A stretch of DNA of 64,000 nucleotides from Sedimentisphaerales bacterium. Lineage in GTDB: Bacteria; Planctomycetota; Phycisphaerae; Sedimentisphaerales; SM23-30. The notes under the pieces were generated by a model. It was not told the DNA's origin. It did no database searches and saw nothing but the letters and a program-made list of their open reading frames with translations. The stretch is taken from the NCBI GenBank assembly GCA_963666285.1, contig OY762711.1. One strand, given 5' to 3'. The first letter of the stretch is position 1. Each line of letters starts with the position of its first letter. Positions 32,124 to 41,279 of the stretch are shown here, piece by piece. The translations under genes were made by a program, and so were the position numbers.

Positions 32124-32308
32124 GGGTCTTGTGTAACATTCTTGTTTTCAATACTTTACATTTAATTGCTCACCGTTTCGGTTGATGTGTGTTTCTATAT
32201 CTTGCCATATCTGGGCCTGCAATTTTAAGTAATTTAACAAAAAATTATTATGATTAAAGGGATTTTAACACTTGTGACGATAGATTAAGTAAAGTTTTCT
32301 CCCCTCCG

Positions 32309-32353
32309 GAAAACATCGGGGTGCCAAGTGTTCCCGATGTTTTCTTTTTTTTT
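32309..32353 (+). terminator. Intrinsic terminator (possibly bidirectional)
   Basis: GAAAACATCGGG-12 nt-CCCGATGTTTTC followed by T9. Confidence 0.8.
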
Positions 32354-32365
32354 ACCTTCCAATTT

Positions 32366-32599
32366 CTATTTAAAAAATGCGAAACTTCTCATCTCTGATT
32401 GTACAGAATTATTAAAGGATGCCATCATTGCAGCATTAGCGTTTGCCATAGTCTGATCTCTGGCTTCATTGGCAACTTCTTCTGCTATATTTATGTCCAT
32501 TTCATTTACTATATCAGCGGTCATTTCATCCAAAGACGAATTTACTGTTGCCATTGCTGCTGCTATTCTATCTTCAGAAGAGCCTACCGAGGCTGGCAT
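32366..32599 (-). pseudogene. Flagellin C-terminal domain fragment
   Basis: ASVGSSEDRI...MTA.....DINIAEEVAN.ARDQ....A.AAMMA..N aligns without gaps to the flagellin C-terminal pattern (ASLGA.QNRL...DADIA.E.....R.QIL.QA..AMLAQAN). An in-frame TAA lies three codons upstream and no N-terminal domain is present. Confidence 0.7.
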
Positions 32600-32808
32600 T
32601 AAGCTTTAGCGTACAGACATCAATTTGGATACACCCAAGACTTTCGCGGTGCCGAAGGGGCGATGGTTTCATTTTTTATCGTTCAGGCTGTCTTTTTAAT
32701 ATTTCTGAGTTCAGTCTGCTTTAATACCCGTCACAATTGAGATTGCTCGTTTGAGCGTGGTACAAACATTGTCAATTTACTACTTAATGTACAAGCGACT
32801 GGCCGGGA

Positions 32809-33552
32809 TCATTCATTATGTGTATAGTTCCAGTTCCAGTCTCCATGGTAGATCATTCTTTTATTCATCCCGCCGTCAACTGTAATGGTCTCACCGGTAA
32901 TAAAATCCTGTTGGCATAAAAACAGAACCATTTCTGAGATATCTTTTGGTCTGCCGACCTTTCCCGCTGGTATCGCAAGGCGGTCTTCTTTACTGAACTC
33001 AGTCTGATCGGTCACATTGATCCATCCCGGAGCGATACAGTTCACATTCACATTCGGAGCTAGCGATATTGCCAGCGCATGGGTCAATGCGACAATTCCG
33101 CCTTTCACACTTGTATATGCTTCCGTATCCGGCTCTGACTGAAATGCCCTGGACGATGCGATATTTATGATCTTACCATGATTTCTTATTAGCTCTTCTT
33201 TACATAGCCTGCTCAGTTCATAAGGTGCCTTCAACCCGATAGCCAGGGTTTCGTCAAATTCATCATAGGTCAATCCCGACAGTATCCCTTTATTTCCCCG
33301 GCACGCATTATTAACCAGGACATCTATCCGTTGCAGCTTTGCCATCGCGAAATCTATAAAATCACTCAGTACCGCCGGGTCTGCAATATCACCTTTGTAA
33401 TAATGCAGATTTGGACTCTCGGACGCAAATTTCGCTGATCTTTCCTCGTCAATATCGATAAAACAGACTTCGTCACCCGCTTCGATAAAATCCAGGCATA
33501 TCTGCCTGCCGATCCCATGCCCGCCGCCGGTTACTACGATTCCTCTATCCAT
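32809..33552 (-). CDS. SDR family oxidoreductase
   Basis: VTGGGHGIG, DVLVNNA, NIASSR, YTSVK (YxxxK), VNCIAPG and ITGE.I.VDGG. Confidence 0.95.
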   Translation of the reverse strand: MDRGIVVTGGGHGIGRQICLDFIEAGDEVCFIDIDEERSAKFASESPNLHYYKGDIADPAVLSDFIDFAMAKLQRIDVLVNNACRGNKGILSGLTYDEFDETLAIGLKAPYELSRLCKEELIRNHGKIINIASSRAFQSEPDTEAYTSVKGGIVALTHALAISLAPNVNVNCIAPGWINVTDQTEFSKEDRLAIPAGKVGRPKDISEMVLFLCQQDFITGETITVDGGMNKRMIYHGDWNWNYTHNE

Positions 33553-33620
33553 AATCAAAACCTGCTCTTTCCTGATTGTTTAATTGGAAGTTATCCCTTC
33601 ATATACTTTATCAATAACAC

Positions 33621-33719
33621 TTATCTTCCACCCGGACCCACATTTTCTTTCTGAGAAAAAAAGCAGCCCCTTCCATTGCCATAAATCCTGATAACTATTT
33701 TGCTTTCAATATCTTGCAT
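33621..33719 (-). pseudogene. N-terminal remnant of a DUF6088/AbiEi-like antitoxin
   Basis: Manual translation MQDIESKIVIRIYGNGRGCFFSQKENVGPGGR*. The first 24 aa match the recalled DUF6088 start (M..IE.KI..RIYG.GRG..F..KDF); RBS GAGG. Confidence 0.6.
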
Positions 33720-33737
33720 AGTTATCGCCTCGTTTAT

Positions 33738-33776
33738 TTTGTAAGAAATAATACTACTTTTTTCTTACAAATTCAA
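33738..33776 (-). promoter_or_regulatory. Operator palindrome overlapping the promoter of the antitoxin remnant
   Basis: TTTGTAAGAAA-12 nt-TTTCTTACAAA; minus strand TTGAAT-17-TATTAT. Confidence 0.6.
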
Positions 33777-34106
33777 GTATGGATGAGAGTTTAATCATCC
33801 GTTGAATTGCTTTTTTGACAAAATCCTTCATCTACTACCGGGATTATGAGAACATCTACTGTTTCCATGGCGGAGATGGATTTGGTTGAGGCGGCTTCTG
33901 TCAGCCAGTTGACGGCGAAATAGGCGAAGTCTTGCATGGTTCGTTCAGGACATGGGTAACGGTTGAGTGTCAAGACATAGGTAACGGTTTACCTATCTTG
34001 ACTATATATTAACGTTTTAATTTTCATGTTCAATATCATTATTTTGAATGTGTGTTTTATGTTGTTTCCAGAGGGTTGATCTTTTGGAGATTTGCATCCA
34101 GTATCC

Positions 34107-34724
34107 CTAGGCACAGTCCGCCGAACCACAGTAAATAGCTATTATAACTGCCGGGCTGAAGCCATCCCATGCCATTTCCGGCTGATTGACTATCGCAGGA
34201 TTGCCATAATCAACAACATCCAATACTATACCCAATATGGTTGGTCCGGTATATAATTTTGCTCCGGGAATACCATCAATACCGCCTGGAACATGGATAA
34301 TAGCTGTGTCCATACTTTCAATACTGCCTGAATAAGCTGGATGAACTGTCAGATGCTCGGCAGATACTCTGGCAACTGGACCGCTGCTGTAATAGCTATC
34401 TATTATGCTCATGCCATTATAGAACTCGTAAGCAATAAATTCTCCAAGTCGCGTGCTATGTCCTGTCAACCAGATATATTCATCGTTACTGTATTGATCC
34501 TGAAGAACAGTAGCTTCGCCAATACGCCATAGTGTATTATCAGCTTTAACACCCATAATACAGACAGTAGAAAAACTGATACCCAAGTTCAATGCTCTTT
34601 CTCGAGCCGCATCCAGAGCCTCCTGCGAAGCCATGACGGCAGCATGAGTTGCATCTGCAGCGAAATAGCTGGCTATAAATACAAGTATGATTGTTATTGT
34701 TAACTGTCTTTTATGCAAAAACAT
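34107..34724 (-). pseudogene. Truncated secreted trypsin-like serine protease
   Basis: Signal peptide from ATG 34724, then LTGH (His), VHPAY, DTAII (Asp) and VVDYG. The frame ends before any GDSGG catalytic serine motif. Confidence 0.55.
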
Positions 34725-35188
34725 AAGCTCTACCTTTTGAGCATAAGTGCAAGTTTTAGAATAGTGGACCAGTCCTGCCAAAGGAATATTCTGAAAGCAA
34801 TCAATCTCCCAGTTCATCGCTTGCAGGCTCATAGTGTATCCAGCAAAGGTGTATTATAGCGGATTTTGTATATTTTTGATTAAAAATTTGCCGGGATTAA
34901 AGATATTTGGGACGGGCAATGATGTAAAAATAGGCAATTTGTGAACATTGGCAAACCAAATAATGCCGGAGGTATGGCTTCGATAGTGTTAGTCAAAGAT
35001 TTTTGATAGTTCTGTTTTGCTCACATGTTCATCTGAATCAATACTATTTCTTCTGGTCAAAATGGCTCATATCATATAAAATTATCACTTTGCGATAAGT
35101 TAATGCAGGTATTTATATTAACTGGTTTTCCGCCTTTGGCGGATATCCTTCCCTTATGCCTTATCCCTGATCACTTATCCCTGTTTTT

Positions 35189-35935
35189 ATGCAAGATAAC
35201 GACTTAAAACTGGCTATTGAGGTTCAGCGAGCTCTGCTGGACCGCCACGTACCGCATTGCAACTGCGGCCGCATAGTCGTTCGCAACCAGATGTGCAGCG
35301 ATATCGGCGGCGATTTCTATCATTTTAAACAGCTCAATGATGATCAGGTTGCTTTTGCCATAGGCGATGTCATGGGCCATGGCATGTCCGCCGCTCTTGT
35401 CGTTTCTCTGCTCATGGGCAAGCTGTGGACCACCGATAATTCGCCCACTCGCCCTCAGACCGTGGTAAACGAACTTAACGATATGCTTGTCGAGCTCGGC
35501 GACCATCTCGACTGGCCCGTAACCAGTACCATTTTCCTAGGCGTAATCGATTTGCCCAGCGGCATAATCATGTTTGTCAACGCCGGGCATAATAAACCGA
35601 TACATCTCAGCCGCAGTGAGAATGATACCAATTTGCTTGGGCTTACCAATATGCTGCTCGGCGTCCAGGGCGGCATGCGCGAGGAAGCTTGCGAACAGTT
35701 CGGACGCGGCGACAGGCTCGTTCTATACACCGACGGCATAACCGAGGCTATGAACCTCGACCTGGTCCAGTTCGGCCCCAAAAGGCTCGAAGATATCATT
35801 CGTCGTACCGCCGACAATACTCCCGAGCAGGTTGCCGACATTATTTTCGATGAACTTGACAGATTTTCTGCCGGGCGGTCGATTGATGATGATATGACAC
35901 TCATAATTATCGACTTCGACGAAGTTAACAAATAG
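35189..35935 (+). CDS. Stand-alone PP2C/SpoIIE (RsbU-like) phosphatase
   Basis: GGDFY, IGDVMGHG..AAL, NAGH, GDRLVLYTDGITEA, FG..RL and DDMT. Confidence 0.95.
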   Translation: MQDNDLKLAIEVQRALLDRHVPHCNCGRIVVRNQMCSDIGGDFYHFKQLNDDQVAFAIGDVMGHGMSAALVVSLLMGKLWTTDNSPTRPQTVVNELNDMLVELGDHLDWPVTSTIFLGVIDLPSGIIMFVNAGHNKPIHLSRSENDTNLLGLTNMLLGVQGGMREEACEQFGRGDRLVLYTDGITEAMNLDLVQFGPKRLEDIIRRTADNTPEQVADIIFDELDRFSAGRSIDDDMTLIIIDFDEVNK

Positions 35936-35939
35936 AATA

Positions 35940-36013
35940 GTAGCACAAGCGTCCTCGCTTGTGATTAATTTATCTCGCCGTAAGGCGATAGCTTAAAAGG
36001 CCCTGTAAAGGGC
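35940..36013. repeat. Cluster of REP-like short palindromes
   Basis: GTAG-CACAAGCG-tcct-CGCTTGTG; TCGCC-gtaa-GGCGA; GCCCT-gtaa-AGGGC. Confidence 0.55.
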
Positions 36014-36096
36014 GAAAGAAAAGATAATAGTAACATTAACTAATTATTATTTGGGCAGCAAGCCCTTATCACTTTTGTAGAAAAATTATAATACGT

Positions 36097-37944
36097 GTGC
36101 CTGTTATAGAAAGGCATAATAGTTATGGAAGGTGCAAAGACATAATGATTGATCCAGGTATTATTTTACGATATTCATACCGCCAGTATCAGACAGACGG
36201 CAGGTTGCAGAACCTGTACGAAACCCTAGACGAGCTCAAAGCCGGGCTTGTCCTTCTAAGTTTTGCCGATATCGGTTTTGATGACAATATTCTCGAATGG
36301 GAGCGTGTTACCGAGCGGCTCGAAGTTATCAAACAGACGGTCCGCCGCCTTAAAAAACGTAAATTCCATTCTGAGCTTGTCCTGCCCGGTCTTGCCGGCT
36401 GCGATAGCCGGGAATACGAAGCTTACCTTGCTAAATTGTTCGCTGCGGCCGTTAACACTGGCATAAAGACCATATGGGTAGACGATGCTGCTGTCGATTC
36501 ATTCTCAAACGTAACGCCTGTCGAACGCAAGCGGCTATATAATAAGATTGCCCAAACTGTCCATAAAGCAGCCGCAAAAGTATGTGTGGGTCTTATCGCT
36601 TCTACTCCCGAAAAATACAATGCTGTTGGCTGTACTCCGCTCCAGCTTGCCGCCGCTCTGGCCGACGGCTCTGAGCCGCTTCTGGCCCAGTCTCAACCGT
36701 TCAGCGAAGACTACAACCGTATCGAGATGCTCGATGCCGCGGCTACCGCTGCTATCAGCCAGATGCAGAATATGCATTCTATCGATAATATTGCTCTGCT
36801 GGGTAATATTAACCAGATGCTCGCCTCTCCTTTCAATAAATCGGCCGAAAGCACCCAGATGCAGCTCAATATCAACATGCTCTACGGCCATCGCCAGATC
36901 ATTCTCAACTGCTTCGACCAGATGGGCACCGCTCCGCGTCGCGACAATCTCTATATCCAGATGATCAACGGCAGCAAAAAATACTATAGTCAGCTTGCCA
37001 GTTTGGTACCCGCTGATATCGTCTATCCCGGCATACGCATTATCCTCTCCGATGAAGCTGATGTCAGCTGGAACATAGCCGCCGCCCGTATGTTCTGGCG
37101 TATGGGCATGCCTGTCAGCTTTATCCGTGTAAGTGATATCGACGAAAACTACGACCGCTCAATGGCGGCTGTCCTTACCGGTACCACTCCGCAGGAAATG
37201 ACCCGCGAACAGTTTGACGCTGTATTTAATGGCGGTGTACTGCTTGACAGTACCGCTGCTAAAACCATCCATGAAATGGGGCTGCCCGGCTTGATTGGCT
37301 GCAAGGTAGGGGCCGGGATCGAGGAAGTCTGTACCGAGATTCTCGCCTTCCAGGCATACGCCAATCGATTCTACGGACACCAGACGGTATTCCGCAACGC
37401 TCATTCTGCGTCAACCTTCCGGCAGCTCGAACCGTTCCATATAAACACAAAAGTTATCACGGAAATCACCCGTCATGGCAAACTCAAAAACGTTGACGGA
37501 ATGGTAATATTCGATAACATCGAGCATGACCACCGCAGTGCGATTCTGCCGTTTGAACTCAACGAAGACAGCTGCAAACGCCTGCTCTCTCCCGCTCGTC
37601 AGCGTCACACCCAGGAGATAATGCAGTGGCTGCTGCGTAAACGCCTGCCGTGTTTTGTTGAAAATACACCGGACCTGGTACCGTTTATGGGGTTTGTCCC
37701 GGATACCAAACGCATCGTACTGACTCTGCTGAACGTTGGCTTTGACTGGGCTATAGATTCACGTATCCGGTTCGGTAATCTGCCGTTTACGGTCAAGCGG
37801 GTCAAAGAGCTTAACGAGCAGGGCATAATTGTAAGAGATGAAAGCCTGAAAATGCAGTACGACGAAAGCTATAGCTATATCCAGCTGAACTCTGATTTTG
37901 CCGTACCGCCGATGCAGATGCTCAACCTGATACTCGAAGGATAA
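36097..37944 (+). CDS. Hypothetical protein, possibly a divergent glycoside hydrolase-like fold
   Basis: 615 aa open frame with IWVDD, F.KS......Q and G.LLD..AA. The resemblance to a TIM barrel plus GATase-like domain is weak. Confidence 0.75.
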   Translation: MPVIERHNSYGRCKDIMIDPGIILRYSYRQYQTDGRLQNLYETLDELKAGLVLLSFADIGFDDNILEWERVTERLEVIKQTVRRLKKRKFHSELVLPGLAGCDSREYEAYLAKLFAAAVNTGIKTIWVDDAAVDSFSNVTPVERKRLYNKIAQTVHKAAAKVCVGLIASTPEKYNAVGCTPLQLAAALADGSEPLLAQSQPFSEDYNRIEMLDAAATAAISQMQNMHSIDNIALLGNINQMLASPFNKSAESTQMQLNINMLYGHRQIILNCFDQMGTAPRRDNLYIQMINGSKKYYSQLASLVPADIVYPGIRIILSDEADVSWNIAAARMFWRMGMPVSFIRVSDIDENYDRSMAAVLTGTTPQEMTREQFDAVFNGGVLLDSTAAKTIHEMGLPGLIGCKVGAGIEEVCTEILAFQAYANRFYGHQTVFRNAHSASTFRQLEPFHINTKVITEITRHGKLKNVDGMVIFDNIEHDHRSAILPFELNEDSCKRLLSPARQRHTQEIMQWLLRKRLPCFVENTPDLVPFMGFVPDTKRIVLTLLNVGFDWAIDSRIRFGNLPFTVKRVKELNEQGIIVRDESLKMQYDESYSYIQLNSDFAVPPMQMLNLILEG

Positions 37945-37988
37945 TTTTATTTCGGCGGCAGCCGATTCATTACCTGCCCCCTGGAACT

Positions 37989-39731
37989 TTGAAACCTGAT
38001 ATGCTGAACCAAAAACTTTCACTTTTATTCGCCAAAATTGCTGACATGCAGGAGCTGCTCCGGCAAAACTCTTTTAAGGTTGCCGCCAACCGCAAGATCG
38101 CTCGTATCATAGCCGAGAGTGACCGCGACTTTGCCGAACTCGCTGCCGACGATAAGCTTTCCGGCATAGAGGGCATCGGTGAATCCGCTATCGCACGCAT
38201 AAATGAGTTCTGCACAACCGGCACTATCAGCGAATACGAAGAGTTGCTCGAGTTTGTCCCTGCTAGCGTCCTGGACATGCTCAAAATCAACGGGCTTGGC
38301 CCCAAATCTGTCAGTATGCTATGGCGTGAATATGATATAGACAATATCCGCCTTTTGCTGGCAGTCGCACGTGAAGGGCGGCTCGAAAAGTTACCCGGTT
38401 TCGGTAAAAAAAAGGCCGAAGCTGTTATGTCCAATATTATGTTCCAGATGGAGGCAGGCGACCGCATCCTGCTCGGCCGTGCCATCGAAATTGTCGAGCT
38501 TATCCGCTTCCAGGTCAATAATATTGCTCCTTCTGTTACCATCCATCCGGTAGGTTCTACCCGCCGCTGCTGCGAGACAGTTGGCGACGTTGACCTACTC
38601 GCCGTTACCGATAACCCGGACGAATTTGCCATAGCTTTCCTCTCTATCGAAGGTATCACAGAAGTTACCTCCCAAACCGATACAAAGATTTCTTTCTCAT
38701 GGAAAGAACCAGACTCAATGCGTCAGCCGGTGCCGGGCGAAATCTTTATCGTCTCTCCTGACGCCGAACACGCCGCCTTATGTTTCCTTACCCCGTCAGC
38801 CGCCCAGCGTGATCTGCTCTGTAAGCAGGCCGAATCAAAAAAAATGACGCTGAAAGCTTCCGGCCTCTTCAAAGGCGACAAACTTATCAAATGCCCGTCA
38901 GAACCGGCCGTTTACAAAAAACTTGGCCTGCCCTATATCGCCCCGACACTCCAGGATGATACCACCGCCCAGCAGGCGGCAATCGACAAAAAACTGCCAG
39001 AGGTTGTCCGGCTCGCCGATATACGCGGCGACCTGCACATGCACACTACCGCATCCGACGGTCGCAGCTCAATTGACGACCTTATCAACGCTGCCATGAT
39101 GCTCAAATACGAGTATATCGCTATTACCGACCATTCCAAAAGCTCTGTTATCGCCAACGGCCTCTCTACCCGCGACCTGCTCGCCGAGGTCGAACGCCTG
39201 CAGGAGCTGAACGAGCAGATCAAAGGGCTGACTATCCTTGCCGGCTGCGAAGTTGATATCCTCTCCGACGGATCACTCGATTATGATGATGATGTCCTCA
39301 AGCAGCTTGACTATATCACAGCTTCCATCCATTCCGGCATGACCGGCACCAGGAAAAAAAATACTTCCCGCATCCTCAAGGCCATGGAAAGCCCGTATGT
39401 CAAAAGTATATCACATCCGACCGGCCGCTATATCAAATACCGCCAGCCGATGGACCTTGATATGCCACGCATCTTTCAGCAGGCAGTTGATACCAACACC
39501 GCTCTGGAGATCAGCTCCCAACCGGCCCGGCTAGACCTCTCCGCCGAACATGTCCGCCAGGCAATCGATATGGGTGTCAAACTCGCTATCAATACCGACG
39601 CCCATGATGCCTCCGGTTTGTTCCTCATGTCGCTCGGCGTCTCCATCGCCCAGAAAGGCTGGGCTGCCAAAGCCGACATCATCAACACCATGCCCCTCAA
39701 AAAATTCAAAGCCTGGCTCGATAAATCATAA
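37989..39731 (+). CDS. polX: Family X DNA polymerase with PHP exonuclease domain
   Basis: HhH motifs (GIG, GLGPK, PGFG.K), GS.RR..ETVGDVD; PHP motifs DLHMHT..SDG, TDHS, G.E.DI, H, SHP and NTDAH. Confidence 0.93.
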   Translation: MKPDMLNQKLSLLFAKIADMQELLRQNSFKVAANRKIARIIAESDRDFAELAADDKLSGIEGIGESAIARINEFCTTGTISEYEELLEFVPASVLDMLKINGLGPKSVSMLWREYDIDNIRLLLAVAREGRLEKLPGFGKKKAEAVMSNIMFQMEAGDRILLGRAIEIVELIRFQVNNIAPSVTIHPVGSTRRCCETVGDVDLLAVTDNPDEFAIAFLSIEGITEVTSQTDTKISFSWKEPDSMRQPVPGEIFIVSPDAEHAALCFLTPSAAQRDLLCKQAESKKMTLKASGLFKGDKLIKCPSEPAVYKKLGLPYIAPTLQDDTTAQQAAIDKKLPEVVRLADIRGDLHMHTTASDGRSSIDDLINAAMMLKYEYIAITDHSKSSVIANGLSTRDLLAEVERLQELNEQIKGLTILAGCEVDILSDGSLDYDDDVLKQLDYITASIHSGMTGTRKKNTSRILKAMESPYVKSISHPTGRYIKYRQPMDLDMPRIFQQAVDTNTALEISSQPARLDLSAEHVRQAIDMGVKLAINTDAHDASGLFLMSLGVSIAQKGWAAKADIINTMPLKKFKAWLDKS

Positions 39732-39763
39732 CTGCAATTCGATAATATGTTGGTACCGCCAAA

Positions 39764-40117
39764 GTGAAAAAGAAAATAATAATAATTACACTGCTTTCAG
39801 CGTTTTTTCTTTTTATTTCATGGATGCTTATTTGGGCTTGGCAAAAGTATTATATTGGCGTAAAGATCGTCAGTCAGTATTTTTATTACCAGGAAATTAA
39901 TGAATATGTAAAAGAGCAGGGGACTTTTCCTGATAATATTAAATCTAAACCGGCTGAAATGTTTAATGGAGATATTATTCCTGAAGCATACGGTATTTCT
40001 GAAAGTGTTTTACTTAAACAGCAGTGTTTCGGGAGAAATATTATTACTTATGGTAATGGCCGTACAGTCCTAATGAACGATGGTGAAATTATAAGTGAGA
40101 TTTCGTGGGATAAATAG
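39764..40117 (+). CDS. Small membrane-anchored hypothetical protein
   Basis: KKK plus a hydrophobic N-terminal helix; 117 aa. Confidence 0.6.
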   Translation: MKKKIIIITLLSAFFLFISWMLIWAWQKYYIGVKIVSQYFYYQEINEYVKEQGTFPDNIKSKPAEMFNGDIIPEAYGISESVLLKQQCFGRNIITYGNGRTVLMNDGEIISEISWDK

Positions 40118-40143
40118 CAATTATAAGCGATATGTAAAAGTGG

Positions 40144-40455
40144 ATGACCGAAACCGCCCTGTCAATGGCTGTTTTGCAGGTAATAGCTATTATTGCCGCG
40201 TTAATTGTTACCGGAATTATTATGTTGAGTATAAAAGTATTTTCTTCACTGAATATATCCGAACTTTCATGGTTGGTAGTATTGATTATAATGTTCCCTG
40301 TTATCCCGATCCATGAGTTTATTCATGCAGTGTTTTTCAAAGGCGGCCCATTATCAAAAAATATAATCTTTGGTTTTTATCCCAGGCAAATACCTTCTAA
40401 TGCTATCGTACAAAATTGTGGGATAAAAACGTATTACAAGGTGTCAGAGGTTTAA
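40144..40455 (+). pseudogene. DUF3267-like HExxH membrane protein with an apparent internal deletion
   Basis: Two TM helices and IHEFIH; GFYP runs directly into a C-terminal-like QIP..A.V.N.G.KTYY. Confidence 0.5.
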
Positions 40456-40484
40456 TGCCGGGATATATAATCTGGTTTGAGTAC

Positions 40485-41042
40485 TCAATTAATCGTAAAT
40501 ATGTGGTCACGTTTTTCGGTGAGCATTTTTGTCGCGATTTTCAGTCCTTTTTCATCTTCCGGCAGTTTTTCTTCTAGAAACAGGTTCATACACCGCACAG
40601 CTTCTATCTGGTGCCCGCCTTTTTTGAGGGCTGCTTTGCAGACGTAATCAAAACCAATATTATCACCAAACTCATGCAGGGCCCTGGCCGCGGCACAGAC
40701 AACATATGGCTGGCGGTCGTTAAGAGAATCGTATAGTTTTGGTACCGCGTTTCTCAGTCCTAAAACAGCTATTTGTCGACACGCTTCAACGCGTACATTT
40801 ACCGCGCAATCGTTAAGCCTGCCTAGAACTAGGTTGGCAACTTTGTTGCCGCGCAGTTTAACCAATGCCCGTAATGATGCAGTACGATATGCACTGTGAG
40901 TGTCTGCCAGCAGGACCATCAGCTTAGTAAAGCCAAGCTCCGGCCCAACTATCTCGCCGCCTGGCAATCGTACGGTATCGTACTCATCGATTGGAACGTC
41001 AGAGTTTCGGTTCTCGTCTATGTTGGTTTTTACTGTTGTCAT
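40485..41042 (-). CDS. HEAT repeat protein
   Basis: Repeated L.D....VR..A..AL..LG units. Confidence 0.85.
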   Translation of the reverse strand: MTTVKTNIDENRNSDVPIDEYDTVRLPGGEIVGPELGFTKLMVLLADTHSAYRTASLRALVKLRGNKVANLVLGRLNDCAVNVRVEACRQIAVLGLRNAVPKLYDSLNDRQPYVVCAAARALHEFGDNIGFDYVCKAALKKGGHQIEAVRCMNLFLEEKLPEDEKGLKIATKMLTEKRDHIFTIN

Positions 41043-41279
41043 CTATACGTTAATGTTCGCAATACAGCGGTGTCCAATAATAAAAAGTTCCTCAACAGAT
41101 TATAGCGTCTAAAAGGCCGCTCGGGCGCAGACATTTCGCCTCAGCAAACTCGACCTGTATTATTATAATCTGCAATTTAAATTGCCCGGTTTCAATAAAT
41201 TACGTAAATTTGCTGAATGGTTTAAGAAAAAATGGTGGAATAATCGATACAATCGAAATAATTGTAATAAGTTATTGGA

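Noticed and set aside
32600..32740. Possible c-di-GMP or fluoride riboswitch upstream of the flagellin fragment
   Set aside because: Only scattered short motif matches; the required stems are absent.
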